A stretch of 64,000 bases of DNA. Origin: an uncultured Chloroflexia bacterium. GTDB lineage: Bacteria > Chloroflexota > Anaerolineae > Anaerolineales > Villigracilaceae. The stretch covers positions 88,201 through 152,200 of the forward strand of contig CAVSAF010000023.1 in assembly GCA_963725805.1 (NCBI GenBank). Reading direction: 5' to 3'. The notes beneath the pieces were generated by a model. It was not told the DNA's origin. It saw only the letters and a list, made by a program, of their open reading frames with translations, and did not search any database. Both the position numbers and the translations under genes were made by a program. Shown one piece after another: positions 20,022-29,274 of the stretch. Positions within the stretch are counted from its first letter, which is position 1, and each line of letters starts with the position of its first letter.

Positions 20022-21005
20022 ATGACTCAAACACGTGTCCTTGTTACTGGTGCAGGCGGCTTCATTGGCCACCACCTGGTGACGTTCCTGCGCGAAAAAG
20101 GCTACTGGGTGCGCGGCGTTGACATTAAGAAGCCTGAATTCAGCCAAATGGACGCGGATGAATTTGAATTGCTTGACCTGCGGCGTTGGGATAACTGCCT
20201 GCAGGCCACGCGCGGAATCGATGAAGTCTATGGCCTGGCTGCTGATATGGGTGGGATGGGCTTTATTTCCTCCCACCATTCGCAGATCCTGCACAACAAT
20301 TCCCTGATAAATATTCATACGCTCGAAGCCGCCCGCCTCAACGGCGTCAAGCGTTACTTCTATACCTCATCCGCCTGCGTGTATCCTGAATTCAAACAGA
20401 CTGAAACAAACGTGGTCCCGCTAAAGGAAGAGGACGCCTATCCTGCCATGCCGCAGGATGCCTATGGATGGGAAAAGCTGGTCATGGAAAGGCTGTGTAC
20501 ACATTACCGGGAAGATTACGGCCTGGAAACCCGCATCGTCCGTTTCCATAATATTTTCGGCGAAGAGGGCACCTGGGAGGGCGGGCGCGAAAAAGCGCCG
20601 GCAGCCATGTCCCGAAAAATCGCTTTTGCCAAGTTGACCGGCAATCACGAGATTGAAATGTGGGGCGACGGCGAACAGACGCGTTCCTTCTGCCACATCA
20701 ACGATTGCCTGGAGGGCATTTACCGCCTGATGCGCTCCGATTACAAGTCCCCCCTTAACCTCGGTTCCGACCGCATGGTGACTATCAACGAGTTGGCCCA
20801 TATCATTGCCGGGATTGCCGGTATCGAGATCACCATCAAGCACATCTCCGGGCCGATGGGCGTGCGCGGCCGCAATTCAGACAACACCCGCCTGCGTGAG
20901 GTGCTCCAATGGGAACCGCAGCTTACCCTGGAAGCGGGTCTCCAACGAACCTATCCATGGATAGAAAAGCAGGTGGCGCAGAAACTGGAGATGGAACACC
21001 AGTAG
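20022..21005 (+). CDS. gme: GDP-mannose 3,5-epimerase homologue (GDP-L-galactose/GDP-L-gulose forming)
   Basis: Near-collinear with plant GME: VTGAGGFIGHHL, LAADMGGMGFI, SSACVYPEFKQ (catalytic Cys), QDAYGWEKL (Tyr), RFHNIFGEEGTWEGGREKAPAAM (Lys). Confidence 0.8.
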   Translation: MTQTRVLVTGAGGFIGHHLVTFLREKGYWVRGVDIKKPEFSQMDADEFELLDLRRWDNCLQATRGIDEVYGLAADMGGMGFISSHHSQILHNNSLINIHTLEAARLNGVKRYFYTSSACVYPEFKQTETNVVPLKEEDAYPAMPQDAYGWEKLVMERLCTHYREDYGLETRIVRFHNIFGEEGTWEGGREKAPAAMSRKIAFAKLTGNHEIEMWGDGEQTRSFCHINDCLEGIYRLMRSDYKSPLNLGSDRMVTINELAHIIAGIAGIEITIKHISGPMGVRGRNSDNTRLREVLQWEPQLTLEAGLQRTYPWIEKQVAQKLEMEHQ

Positions 21006-21007
21006 TT

Positions 21008-21907
21008 ATGGCATTTTTAACCATCTTTACGGCACCCAAGCCATTCACCAACCCACATATCGCTGTCATTCAGCGCAATGCTGTCCAGGCATGGAAGTTG
21101 CTGCCGGATGTCGAGGTCATCTTGATAGGCGATGAAGCCGGTATCCCGGAAGCGGCCAGGGAATTTGGCATTAAAAATGTGCCGGAGGTGGAACGCGACG
21201 AAAAAGGCATTCCTCTGGTCAATTCGGTTTTGGAGATTGGACACAAATATAGTGACAGTCCTTTCTTGTGCTATGCCAATGCTGACATGATCCTGATGTC
21301 GGACCTGATACGGGCTGCAAGACAGGTCTCGGAACAGGCCAGCGACTTCCTGGTGGTTGGCCAGCGCTGGGACCTGGACCAGAAAGAGCCGCTTGATTTC
21401 AGCGGTGATTGGGAATCCCGCCTGCGGCTGGACGTGGCCCAGCGCGGCAAGTTTTATTCACCCTGGGGCATCGATTATTTCATCTTCCCGCGCCATCTCT
21501 ATACCGATGTACCCAATTTCACCATTGGTCGCCCGGCCTGGGATAACTGGATGGTTTACCGCGCTCACACGACCTTTGGTATGGCCATCGACGCATCCCG
21601 GGATGTCCTGGTTGTTCACCAGAACCATGATTACAGCCACCTGCCTGGCAATAAGCCTCCCTATGGCTCGGACGTGGCCAGGTCGAACCTGGCCAAGGCC
21701 GGCGGGCGGAAACGTGTCTACAACATCCTGGATACCGATCACGAACTCGTCGGCGGGCGCATCCGCAGGCCGCAGGTCAGGCTCGTGCGCCTGCTGCGCC
21801 TCTTGGAGCGGATGTTCATCAACGACGAGCAAAAAGGTTGGGGGTGGTTGATCTCCGTGAAGCTTCAGCAGATGCAGCGTCCGCTGGCGGTAAAACCGAG
21901 GAGATGA
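21008..21907 (+). CDS. Conserved hypothetical protein, possibly a GT-A-like glycosyltransferase
   Basis: Start ATG 21008 (MAFLTIFTAPKPF) is 3 nt after the gme stop; ORF-track 20909 overlaps gme. ...CYANADMILMSD...GIDYFIFPR... is suggestive of a GT-A fold, but I do not recognise the family. Confidence 0.3.
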   Translation: MAFLTIFTAPKPFTNPHIAVIQRNAVQAWKLLPDVEVILIGDEAGIPEAAREFGIKNVPEVERDEKGIPLVNSVLEIGHKYSDSPFLCYANADMILMSDLIRAARQVSEQASDFLVVGQRWDLDQKEPLDFSGDWESRLRLDVAQRGKFYSPWGIDYFIFPRHLYTDVPNFTIGRPAWDNWMVYRAHTTFGMAIDASRDVLVVHQNHDYSHLPGNKPPYGSDVARSNLAKAGGRKRVYNILDTDHELVGGRIRRPQVRLVRLLRLLERMFINDEQKGWGWLISVKLQQMQRPLAVKPRR

Positions 21908-21910
21908 GCC

Positions 21911-22867
21911 ATGCGCATAGGTCATAACCCTGCCAGGTTTGTTGAAAAGGTGGCTCAACCGGCCGAAATTACTGTGACGGTCGTGAACTGTATCCCATTT
22001 TTGAGTGGATATTACGAGCAGAGTCTGGAGGTATTAAAGGCTTGCCTAAACAGCATTCATGCAAACACCCCGGAACCGCATGATTTGATGGTGTTCGATA
22101 ACCATTCCTGCCGGGAAGTGCGGGATTACCTAAAAGAAGCTTATGAGCAGGGTATTATCCAGTACCTGTTGCTTTCGGACAAGAATATAGGCAAGATCGG
22201 GGCCTGGAATTTCATGTTCGGCGCGGCGCAAGGCAAGTATGTTATTTTTTCCGACGGCGATATCACCTTCCGGCCGGGCTGGCTTGGGGCCTCTCTTGAA
22301 CTATTCGAAACCTTTCCGAATGTCGGCATGGTGACCGCCCGACCATATCGGGCCTCCCAGAGATATTCCGAGGCTACATTTGAATGGGCGCAGCAGCAGG
22401 GTCCGGGTGTGCTTGAAGAGGGGATATTCCTGGATTGGGAGACCGTTTTCGAACATGCGAGCAGCATCGGTGTGACTGAAGCGAAAGCACGTGATGACTA
22501 TTCAAAAGGACGCGACTACCGTCTGACCTATCATGGCAAGACTGCCTTCATCGGTGCAAGCCACTTCCAGTTCATGGCCCCGCGCGACCTGCTGCGCAAA
22601 GTCATCCCGCTTCCGTCGGAACAGCCCATGCGTGGGGAGCGCGGCCTCGATATTGCAGTTAACAAGATGGGCTGCTTGCGCCTGACGACCGAAATGCCGC
22701 TGGTTTTGCACATGGGTAACCGTCTGCCAGAATCCACCCGGACTGCCGGGACAGGACCAAGGCAAAAAAACCTGCTCCAGCGAATCTTGTGGTTGCCGGG
22801 CATCCGTCACTTTTTGCTGTGGTTGAATAATCGAATTTTTCAACTGTACTTTTTCAATGTGGAGTAA
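21911..22867 (+). CDS. GT2-family glycosyltransferase (paralogue of 24720..25760)
   Basis: ITVTVVNCIPFLSGYYEQSLEVLKACLNSI...LMVFDNHSCREV...FSDGDITFRPGW. It shares end-to-end architecture with 24720..25760 (GIAVLSYIPSHEGYFAQSLEILK...LLVFDNGSSLEV...YADGDVLFRPGW). Confidence 0.65.
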   Translation: MRIGHNPARFVEKVAQPAEITVTVVNCIPFLSGYYEQSLEVLKACLNSIHANTPEPHDLMVFDNHSCREVRDYLKEAYEQGIIQYLLLSDKNIGKIGAWNFMFGAAQGKYVIFSDGDITFRPGWLGASLELFETFPNVGMVTARPYRASQRYSEATFEWAQQQGPGVLEEGIFLDWETVFEHASSIGVTEAKARDDYSKGRDYRLTYHGKTAFIGASHFQFMAPRDLLRKVIPLPSEQPMRGERGLDIAVNKMGCLRLTTEMPLVLHMGNRLPESTRTAGTGPRQKNLLQRILWLPGIRHFLLWLNNRIFQLYFFNVE

Positions 22868-22870
22868 GCC

Positions 22871-23752
22871 GTGACCGAAGCTGTACCCGCCTGTCCATTG
22901 TGCGCAGATGACCGCAGTAAATTCTTCGAACAAAGCGAATTCCGCGGTCAAAATGTGACCTACCGGATCTGTGAGAATTGTGGACTGGTTTACCAATCCC
23001 CGCGCATGACCCAGGCCGAATCTACCGCTTTTTATCCGCAGGAGTACCGCCTTCTCAACGAAGGCAGTGCCTTGCCAACCCAGCGTAATCTTGCCAACCA
23101 GCGCGGGCGTGCAGCCTCGCTCCTGGCATTTTCCAGGCCTTCTATGGGTGCGATCAGGCGCCATCTGGATATTGGCTGTTCAACGGGGTTGCTTTTGCAG
23201 ATTTTTCAGGAGACCTACCATTGCCAGTCAATCGGTATTGAACCGGGTGAAGCCCACCGCGACAATGCCCGTAAAGCTGGTTTGACCGTTTACGCTTCGC
23301 TGGATGAATTGGAACGAAACGAGACAGGCCTCTTTGATCTGATCAGCATGGCTCACGTTCTCGAACATTTACCTGATCCAGTCAGGTATCTGGCCCACTT
23401 GCGCGATAACCTTTTGGAGCCCACCGGATTGCTCTTGATCGAAGTTCCTAATCTTTATGCTCACGATTCTTTCGAACCAGCCCATTTGGTCGCTTACAGT
23501 GCTCATACTCTAAGGCAGATAATGGAAAAGACTGGCTTTGAGATCCTTCGACTGGAAGAGCATGGACGGCCGCGTTCGGCCTGGCTGCCGCTCTATATCA
23601 CCTTGCTGGCCCGTCCAGGGTCGGATCCAAAAGAGACATTCCGCCTGCGACCCGAAGGAAGCGTGAAATTTAAGCGCCGGGTTGGTATTTTTTCCCGGCA
23701 CGTCCTTGAACGGCTTTTTAATCGATGGATATGGGACGCGAATGGAGAATAA
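22871..23752 (+). CDS. Class I SAM-dependent methyltransferase with N-terminal Cys4 zinc ribbon
   Basis: GTG start. CPLC...(x22)...CENC is followed by the SAM motif HLDIGCSTGLLL and then DLISMAHVLEHLPDP. Confidence 0.75.
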   Translation: MTEAVPACPLCADDRSKFFEQSEFRGQNVTYRICENCGLVYQSPRMTQAESTAFYPQEYRLLNEGSALPTQRNLANQRGRAASLLAFSRPSMGAIRRHLDIGCSTGLLLQIFQETYHCQSIGIEPGEAHRDNARKAGLTVYASLDELERNETGLFDLISMAHVLEHLPDPVRYLAHLRDNLLEPTGLLLIEVPNLYAHDSFEPAHLVAYSAHTLRQIMEKTGFEILRLEEHGRPRSAWLPLYITLLARPGSDPKETFRLRPEGSVKFKRRVGIFSRHVLERLFNRWIWDANGE

Positions 23753-23816
23753 CTTACGATGCATCTTTCTGTTCTTCTTCATTTTTGTCTGCATGCCTCA
23801 GGCAGAGTCTGGATAG

Positions 23817-24659
23817 ATGAACAAGTATATCTATAGGCTCCAACATATGGCTGCTTCAGTCATTGGCAGTGTTTCCCACAAGCCAAGGATGGATGCTTGT
23901 TGGGCGAACAAGGAATTGAATGCCGGCGATCTTGTCACGCCAATGTTGTTGAGACGTTATGGATTTACACCTGTTTTTAGTTATCGTAATGAAGCTATAC
24001 TCTTCTCGTGTGGAAGCCTGTTGGACAAGGTCTCAGAGGATTTTACGGGCTTTGTGCTGGGCACAGGGCTGATGCGCGGCGATGTGTTCAAATCATTTCC
24101 TTATGCAAGGATTCTGGCAGTCAGAGGTGAATTGACCAGGAATAACATCGCTGCCCCAAAAGATACCATTCTGGGGGACCCGGGTCTTTTGGTCGCTAAT
24201 TACATGACAAAAAGACATCACAAGCGATATGTTCTTGGCTTGATTCCCCATTTTACTGACAGACAGGACCCACGTTTACGCCAACTGCTTGTCAGATACA
24301 AGAAAGAGATCATCTTCATTAACATCCAAACGAGTCCGATGGCCGTGCTCGAACTCATAGACCAATGCGAATATATCCTCTCCTCATCTTTACATGGCAT
24401 GGTTTTTGCGGATTCTCTGGGCGTACCCAATTTGTGGACGATACTATCTGACCGGGTGTCAGGAAAAGGTTTTAAGTTCCAGGATTACCTCTCCGCATTG
24501 AAATGGGAGCGAAACCCGGTTCCCGTCTCCGGGGATGAAAAATTATCGGGCCTTATTTCTCAAGCCAGTCTTTCGCCTTTATCAGCAATAGCAGAGACAC
24601 AGAACAACCTGGATGGCGCGTATCAAATATTGAAACAGGAATTTCAAACCCGGAGATGA
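23817..24659 (+). CDS. Polysaccharide pyruvyl transferase (CsaB/WcaK family)
   Basis: ...ILAVRGELTR...ILGDPGLLV...YILSSSLHGMVFADSLGVPN is characteristic of the PS_pyruv_trans family. Confidence 0.7.
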   Translation: MNKYIYRLQHMAASVIGSVSHKPRMDACWANKELNAGDLVTPMLLRRYGFTPVFSYRNEAILFSCGSLLDKVSEDFTGFVLGTGLMRGDVFKSFPYARILAVRGELTRNNIAAPKDTILGDPGLLVANYMTKRHHKRYVLGLIPHFTDRQDPRLRQLLVRYKKEIIFINIQTSPMAVLELIDQCEYILSSSLHGMVFADSLGVPNLWTILSDRVSGKGFKFQDYLSALKWERNPVPVSGDEKLSGLISQASLSPLSAIAETQNNLDGAYQILKQEFQTRR

Positions 24660-24719
24660 TCGGTTTTGGTCAGCCGTATGGATATCCGGGTATCAGCAGT
24701 GATTGGATGAAAAGATAAA

Positions 24720-25760
24720 ATGCGTCAAGGACAGAATCCTGCCAAAATGGGGCTCCCCGCTTACGATCCCAAGCGATTGGGTATTGCAGTGCTTTCTTAT
24801 ATTCCTTCCCATGAGGGGTACTTCGCTCAATCCCTGGAAATCCTCAAATTTCAAATTGCCAGTATTCATCGCACCACGCGGGAATTTGATTTATTGGTTT
24901 TTGATAACGGCTCTTCTCTCGAAGTACAGCAGGAACTGCAGAGTTTACAAAAGGAAGGTCTGATTCATTTTCTTATTCTCTCCAGGTTTAATCTTGGAAA
25001 AACCGGGGCTTTGAACTGGATTTTGGCCGGTTTACAGAACGAATTAATTGGTTATGCTGATGGAGACGTGCTTTTTCGACCCGGTTGGTTTGAAAAATCA
25101 TTGGAAATCCTGCAGGCGTTTCCAAGTGCAGGAATGATCTCGGCCCAACCTTGTTTCTTTGATCCCTTGCGCGGTAAAGGGCAGGCCCATTTGGCACTGA
25201 AAAAAAACGGTGATCATTTCAAAATAACCAATGAAACTCTCGATCCATCTGCCGTTGAAGAATATGGACATGGAATTGGTTTGTCGTCGAAGGAGATTGA
25301 GGATTTGAAGAAGACCTCCAACCAGGTCATTGAAGAACACAAATCGGGTGTAAGAGCGGTAATGGGTGCTTCCCATATGCAATTTCTCATGCCGAGGGAA
25401 GTTGCCAGGCGTGTCATTCCCCTGCCTGCCACGTTTGCTCTCAGCCCCAAGGAGGACACGGTTCTGAACACCAATATTGACCAGGCTGGTTTTCTCCATC
25501 TCTCCACGTTGAAGCCCTATGTCCATCATATGGGAAATCGTTTGGATCAAGCTTTCATGGAGGAGATCCAACAGATGGATTTATCATCCATCCTTGGGAA
25601 TCCGCTTGCCAGGCAAGTGGTAAATACTTCGATGGACATGGGAAAAAATCAGCGATCGGCGGTCCGATTTCTCAGCACTATGTCCAGGCTCCCCTTTATG
25701 AAAAAATTGTTGCGGCGCTTTTACAATCTATTGTTTTATTACTACTCCCAATTAAAATGA
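24720..25760 (+). CDS. GT2-family glycosyltransferase (paralogue of 21911..22867), AT-richer
   Basis: See 21911..22867. One hand-counted line (24841-24900) is about 38% GC. Confidence 0.65.
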   Translation: MRQGQNPAKMGLPAYDPKRLGIAVLSYIPSHEGYFAQSLEILKFQIASIHRTTREFDLLVFDNGSSLEVQQELQSLQKEGLIHFLILSRFNLGKTGALNWILAGLQNELIGYADGDVLFRPGWFEKSLEILQAFPSAGMISAQPCFFDPLRGKGQAHLALKKNGDHFKITNETLDPSAVEEYGHGIGLSSKEIEDLKKTSNQVIEEHKSGVRAVMGASHMQFLMPREVARRVIPLPATFALSPKEDTVLNTNIDQAGFLHLSTLKPYVHHMGNRLDQAFMEEIQQMDLSSILGNPLARQVVNTSMDMGKNQRSAVRFLSTMSRLPFMKKLLRRFYNLLFYYYSQLK

Positions 25761-27199
25761 ATAAACGCATTTTCATCATCGCCGACCACGGCCTGGCGCT
25801 GATCTACTTCCTTCAATCCGATGTCATCCCCACCCTGCTTAAAGCCGGCGTGGAAGTGATCATGTTTACGGATGATGATGCTCGCCAGGCCATCCAGGAA
25901 CGTTTCCAACAGCCCGGCCTGACTTTCGAGGGCCTGCGGCTGGACCAGTGCGAACGCTATTTCCAGTCGACGCAGCCGTTTCTGCAGCGCTGCCTGGTCA
26001 TGTTGCGCTGGGCGGGCGGTTCCAAACGCATCAATACCACCGCCATGGACGGCAATTACCATCTCCAGGCGATGAGTTTTACGGGGCGCGGCCGGTTTGC
26101 CCTGCCGTTCCTGCGCCTCTTGATCTGGCTGATGCGCCGTTCGCACCTCCTGCGCAACCTTGTCGTCCGTGCTCAGAATCGCTTCACTCCCAATATCTAT
26201 GCCGACCTTTTTGAGAAATACCAGCCTGAACTGGTCGTTGCCCGCACACCTGGATGGCGCATGGATCGCTACATCCTGCGCGAAGCTGCTTCCAAAGGAG
26301 TCCGGACAGTGGCAGCCATTGCCGGTTGGGATAACCCATCATCCTATAATCTTAGTGGCGCACCGATGGACCATATCACCTGCTGGTCTGAAATCCAGAA
26401 AGAAGAGCTGGTGCTGGGTTCGGACTGGGACCCGCAGCGGGTTAACATATCCGGCATTCCGGCATATGATGGTTACTTCCTGCGTTCCTGGTTGATCCCG
26501 CGCGACGAATACTTCCGCCAGCATGGTCTCGATCCGCAGCGTAAACTGCTTTCTTATGCTTGCAGCTTCGAGACCCTCCATCCCAACTTCCCGAACATGG
26601 CTGCCATCATCGAACTGGTCAATCATAACGAGTTGACCGAACCTTGCCAGTTGCTGATCCGTTTCCATCCCAATCACTTCATCAAAGGCTCGCGCTTCGA
26701 GGCGGAGCGGCTGCGTACGGTTGAATATGTGAAGGACATGCCGCTCGTCCACATCGTGGAACCGGTTTCTTTGGGCGGCGGGCTGGGACATTACTCGGGT
26801 GAAGATATGCCCGAAAAAGCCTCCATGATGGCTTACACGGATGTCTTCCTGACGGTCTATTCCACCATGGTGGTCGAGACAGCCATCCACGATAAACCCA
26901 TCATCAGCGTAACCATTGATACACCCGGCGGATGGAATATGAAGGATGTCTATTCCCTGCCCTTGACCGCCATTGGCGATTGGCCCACCCACCAGCGCTT
27001 TCGCCAGTCGGGAGCAGGGCGCGTGGCTGCCAATAAGGAGCAGGTGCGCCAACTGGTCAATCATTATCTCAAGGATCCGGCTGCCGATACCGAGAAACGC
27101 CGTAAGTTCATCCAGGATGAATGCACCTTTACGGATGGCAGCGCCGGAAGACGAACGGGTTTGTACCTGCTCAACCTGCTGGATGGTTCCAAACTATGA
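25757..27199 (+). CDS. GT-B-fold protein of unknown specificity, distantly similar to the KpsC/S-like proteins
   Basis: Rossmann-like N-terminus KRIFIIADHGLALIYF. ...LLSYACSFETLHPNF...CQLLIRFHPNHF...YTDVFLTVYSTMVVETAIHDKPIISV has the same HP-motif layout as 17637..19229 and 38305..39942. ATGA overlaps at both ends. Confidence 0.3.
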   Translation: MNKRIFIIADHGLALIYFLQSDVIPTLLKAGVEVIMFTDDDARQAIQERFQQPGLTFEGLRLDQCERYFQSTQPFLQRCLVMLRWAGGSKRINTTAMDGNYHLQAMSFTGRGRFALPFLRLLIWLMRRSHLLRNLVVRAQNRFTPNIYADLFEKYQPELVVARTPGWRMDRYILREAASKGVRTVAAIAGWDNPSSYNLSGAPMDHITCWSEIQKEELVLGSDWDPQRVNISGIPAYDGYFLRSWLIPRDEYFRQHGLDPQRKLLSYACSFETLHPNFPNMAAIIELVNHNELTEPCQLLIRFHPNHFIKGSRFEAERLRTVEYVKDMPLVHIVEPVSLGGGLGHYSGEDMPEKASMMAYTDVFLTVYSTMVVETAIHDKPIISVTIDTPGGWNMKDVYSLPLTAIGDWPTHQRFRQSGAGRVAANKEQVRQLVNHYLKDPAADTEKRRKFIQDECTFTDGSAGRRTGLYLLNLLDGSKL

Positions 27200-27951
27200 T
27201 AACTCCCCAGGTCCTCGCCTTGATTCCTGCACGCGGAGGCTCGAAGGGCATCCCTCGTAAGAACATTCGTGCCTTTGCCGGTCATCCTTTGATTGCTTAC
27301 AGTATTGCCGCGGCTTTGCAGGCAGAGACAGTCACACGTGTGGTGGTTTCCACTGATGATCCGGAAATTGCCGAAGTTGCCCGTGCCTGGGGGGCAGAGA
27401 TACCCTTTATGCGTCCGGCAGGGCTGGCTGCAGACCGAACCACGGATCTGCCGGTCTTCCAGCATGCCCTGACCAGGCTGGCGGAGCACGAAAACTATCA
27501 CCCGGAGATCGTCCTGCACTTGCACGCCACCAGTCCGGTCCGGCCGCCGGGCTTTGTCGATCAGGCGGTCCGCCTGCTGCAAGAACATCCGCAGGCTGAA
27601 TGTGTGCGCAGTGTGGTTGCGCCTGGACAGAACCCCTATAAAATGTGGCGGATCGATCCTCAGTCTGGACATATGCTCCCGCTGCTGACCATTCCGGGAA
27701 TAGCTGAGCCTTATAATACCCCCCGCCAGCAGCTCCCTGCGGTATATCTGCAGACAGGCCACGTGAATGCCATCCGCCCGGCAGCCATTCTGGCCGGTTC
27801 GATGACCGGCCAGGTGATCCTGCCAATCATCATAAATGCCAGGTATGAAGTGGACCTGGATACTCCGGCAGATTGGGAACGCGGTGAATGGCTGGTCACT
27901 AATAATCCCCTGAATATGGTTCATCCGAGGAGAAAAGATGAGCAAGCCTGA
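27196..27951 (+). CDS. Acylneuraminate (CMP-ulosonic acid) cytidylyltransferase-like, copy 1
   Basis: LALIPARGGSKGIPRKNIRAFAGHPLIAYSI is the CTP_transf_3/NeuA-KdsB P-loop. Start ATG 27196 overlaps the previous stop (ATGA). Confidence 0.8.
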   Translation: MITPQVLALIPARGGSKGIPRKNIRAFAGHPLIAYSIAAALQAETVTRVVVSTDDPEIAEVARAWGAEIPFMRPAGLAADRTTDLPVFQHALTRLAEHENYHPEIVLHLHATSPVRPPGFVDQAVRLLQEHPQAECVRSVVAPGQNPYKMWRIDPQSGHMLPLLTIPGIAEPYNTPRQQLPAVYLQTGHVNAIRPAAILAGSMTGQVILPIIINARYEVDLDTPADWERGEWLVTNNPLNMVHPRRKDEQA

Positions 27952-29188
27952 GGTACTCGCCCTGATTCCGGCGCGTGGTGGCTCGAAGGGGATTCCGCGC
28001 AAGAACATCCGTCCATTTGCAGGTCAGCCCCTGATCGCCTTCAGTATTGCCGCGGGATTGCAGGCTCATTCAGTGACACGCGTGATCGTTACGACGGATG
28101 ATCAGGAAATTGCCCGAGTGGCGCGTGACTGCGGCGCTGAGACGCCATTCCTGCGACCGCCCGGGCTTGCCCAGGACCGCACGCTCGACCTGCCGGTCTT
28201 CCAGCATGCCCTGAATTGGCTGGCTCAACACGAAGATTATCATCCTGAAGTCGTCGTACACCTGCGCCCGACCACTCCCATTCGTCCTCCGGACCTGGTG
28301 GATCGCGCAGTAGCCCTGCTGCTGGCCCATCCCGAAGCGGACTCCGTGCGCGGGATAACGCCTGCTCATCAAAACCCGTTCAAGATGTGGCTTATGGATG
28401 GGGATGACAGGCCTATACGTCCATTGACAACCGTCTCGGGGATCGACGAGCCGTATAACTCGCCCCGTCAGGTTTTACCAACGGCCTACACCCACACTGG
28501 CCTGATCGACATCATTCGCCCGGCGACCATTCTGGACCAAAATTCGATGAGTGGCAGGACAATTTTGCCAATCCTGTTCGATCCGGCTTACGATGCAGAC
28601 CTGGATACTCCTCAGGATTGGAAACGTGCCGAACAAAGAATCCTTCACGATCCGCTCAAGATGGTCTGGCCGGGGAAACCACCCCGTGGCATGCCTGAAA
28701 CCGTCCGCCTGCTGATCCTTGATTTTGATGGCGTCCTGACCGATAACCGCGTCTGGGTGGACCAGGATGGGCGTGAGATGGTCGCAGCCAACCGCAGTGA
28801 CAGTCTGGGCATCCGGCAGCTTCAACAGGCTGGAGTGGAAACGGTTGTGATTTCCTTGGAAACCAACCCGGTTGTTGCGGCGCGTTGCCGGAAGATGAAC
28901 GTCCCCTTCATCCAGGGGGAAAGTGACAAGGCGGCCGCATTGAACAGGCTTCTCAGCGAGCGCAATCTGGATGCCAGCCAGGCTGTGTATCTGGGGAACG
29001 ATGTCAACGACCTGCCGTGCTTCCCGTTGGTGGGCTGGGCGGTGGCAGTCGCCGATGCCATGCACGAGGTGGCACGCCAGGCCGATTTTGTCTTGACTCG
29101 ACCCGGAGGTCACGCGGCAGTGCGTGAGTTATGCGATATGCTTATGGAGAAGTTGTCAAACAAACCGGGCTCTCAACACAGGGCCTGA
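27938..29188 (+). CDS. Bifunctional NeuA-like cytidylyltransferase fused to KdsC-type HAD phosphatase, copy 2
   Basis: The N-terminal 250 aa are a tandem paralogue of 27196..27951 (LALIPARGGSKGIPRKNIRPFAGQPLIAFSI). The C-terminal domain (about 28700..29188) is LLILDFDGVLTDNRVWVDQDGREMVAANRSDSLGIRQL...YLGNDVNDL, carrying the DxD HAD motif I and the KdsC/Kdn-9-P phosphatase pattern. Confidence 0.8.
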   Translation: MSKPEVLALIPARGGSKGIPRKNIRPFAGQPLIAFSIAAGLQAHSVTRVIVTTDDQEIARVARDCGAETPFLRPPGLAQDRTLDLPVFQHALNWLAQHEDYHPEVVVHLRPTTPIRPPDLVDRAVALLLAHPEADSVRGITPAHQNPFKMWLMDGDDRPIRPLTTVSGIDEPYNSPRQVLPTAYTHTGLIDIIRPATILDQNSMSGRTILPILFDPAYDADLDTPQDWKRAEQRILHDPLKMVWPGKPPRGMPETVRLLILDFDGVLTDNRVWVDQDGREMVAANRSDSLGIRQLQQAGVETVVISLETNPVVAARCRKMNVPFIQGESDKAAALNRLLSERNLDASQAVYLGNDVNDLPCFPLVGWAVAVADAMHEVARQADFVLTRPGGHAAVRELCDMLMEKLSNKPGSQHRA

Positions 29189-29274
29189 CTTCTGAATTAC
29201 AATTGCGCCCGCTCATCGGTTTGGCAGGCGAATCTTTTTCGGGTGACTGTTGAGGATCATCATTTTGGAGGAAC

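Noticed and set aside
27064-28008. 314-aa minus-strand ORF antisense to the two NeuA genes
   Set aside because: It lies entirely opposite strongly recognisable NeuA coding sequence. The translation is R/G/H/P/Q-rich with no motif or hydrophobic core pattern. This is the typical antisense open frame of GC-rich coding DNA.
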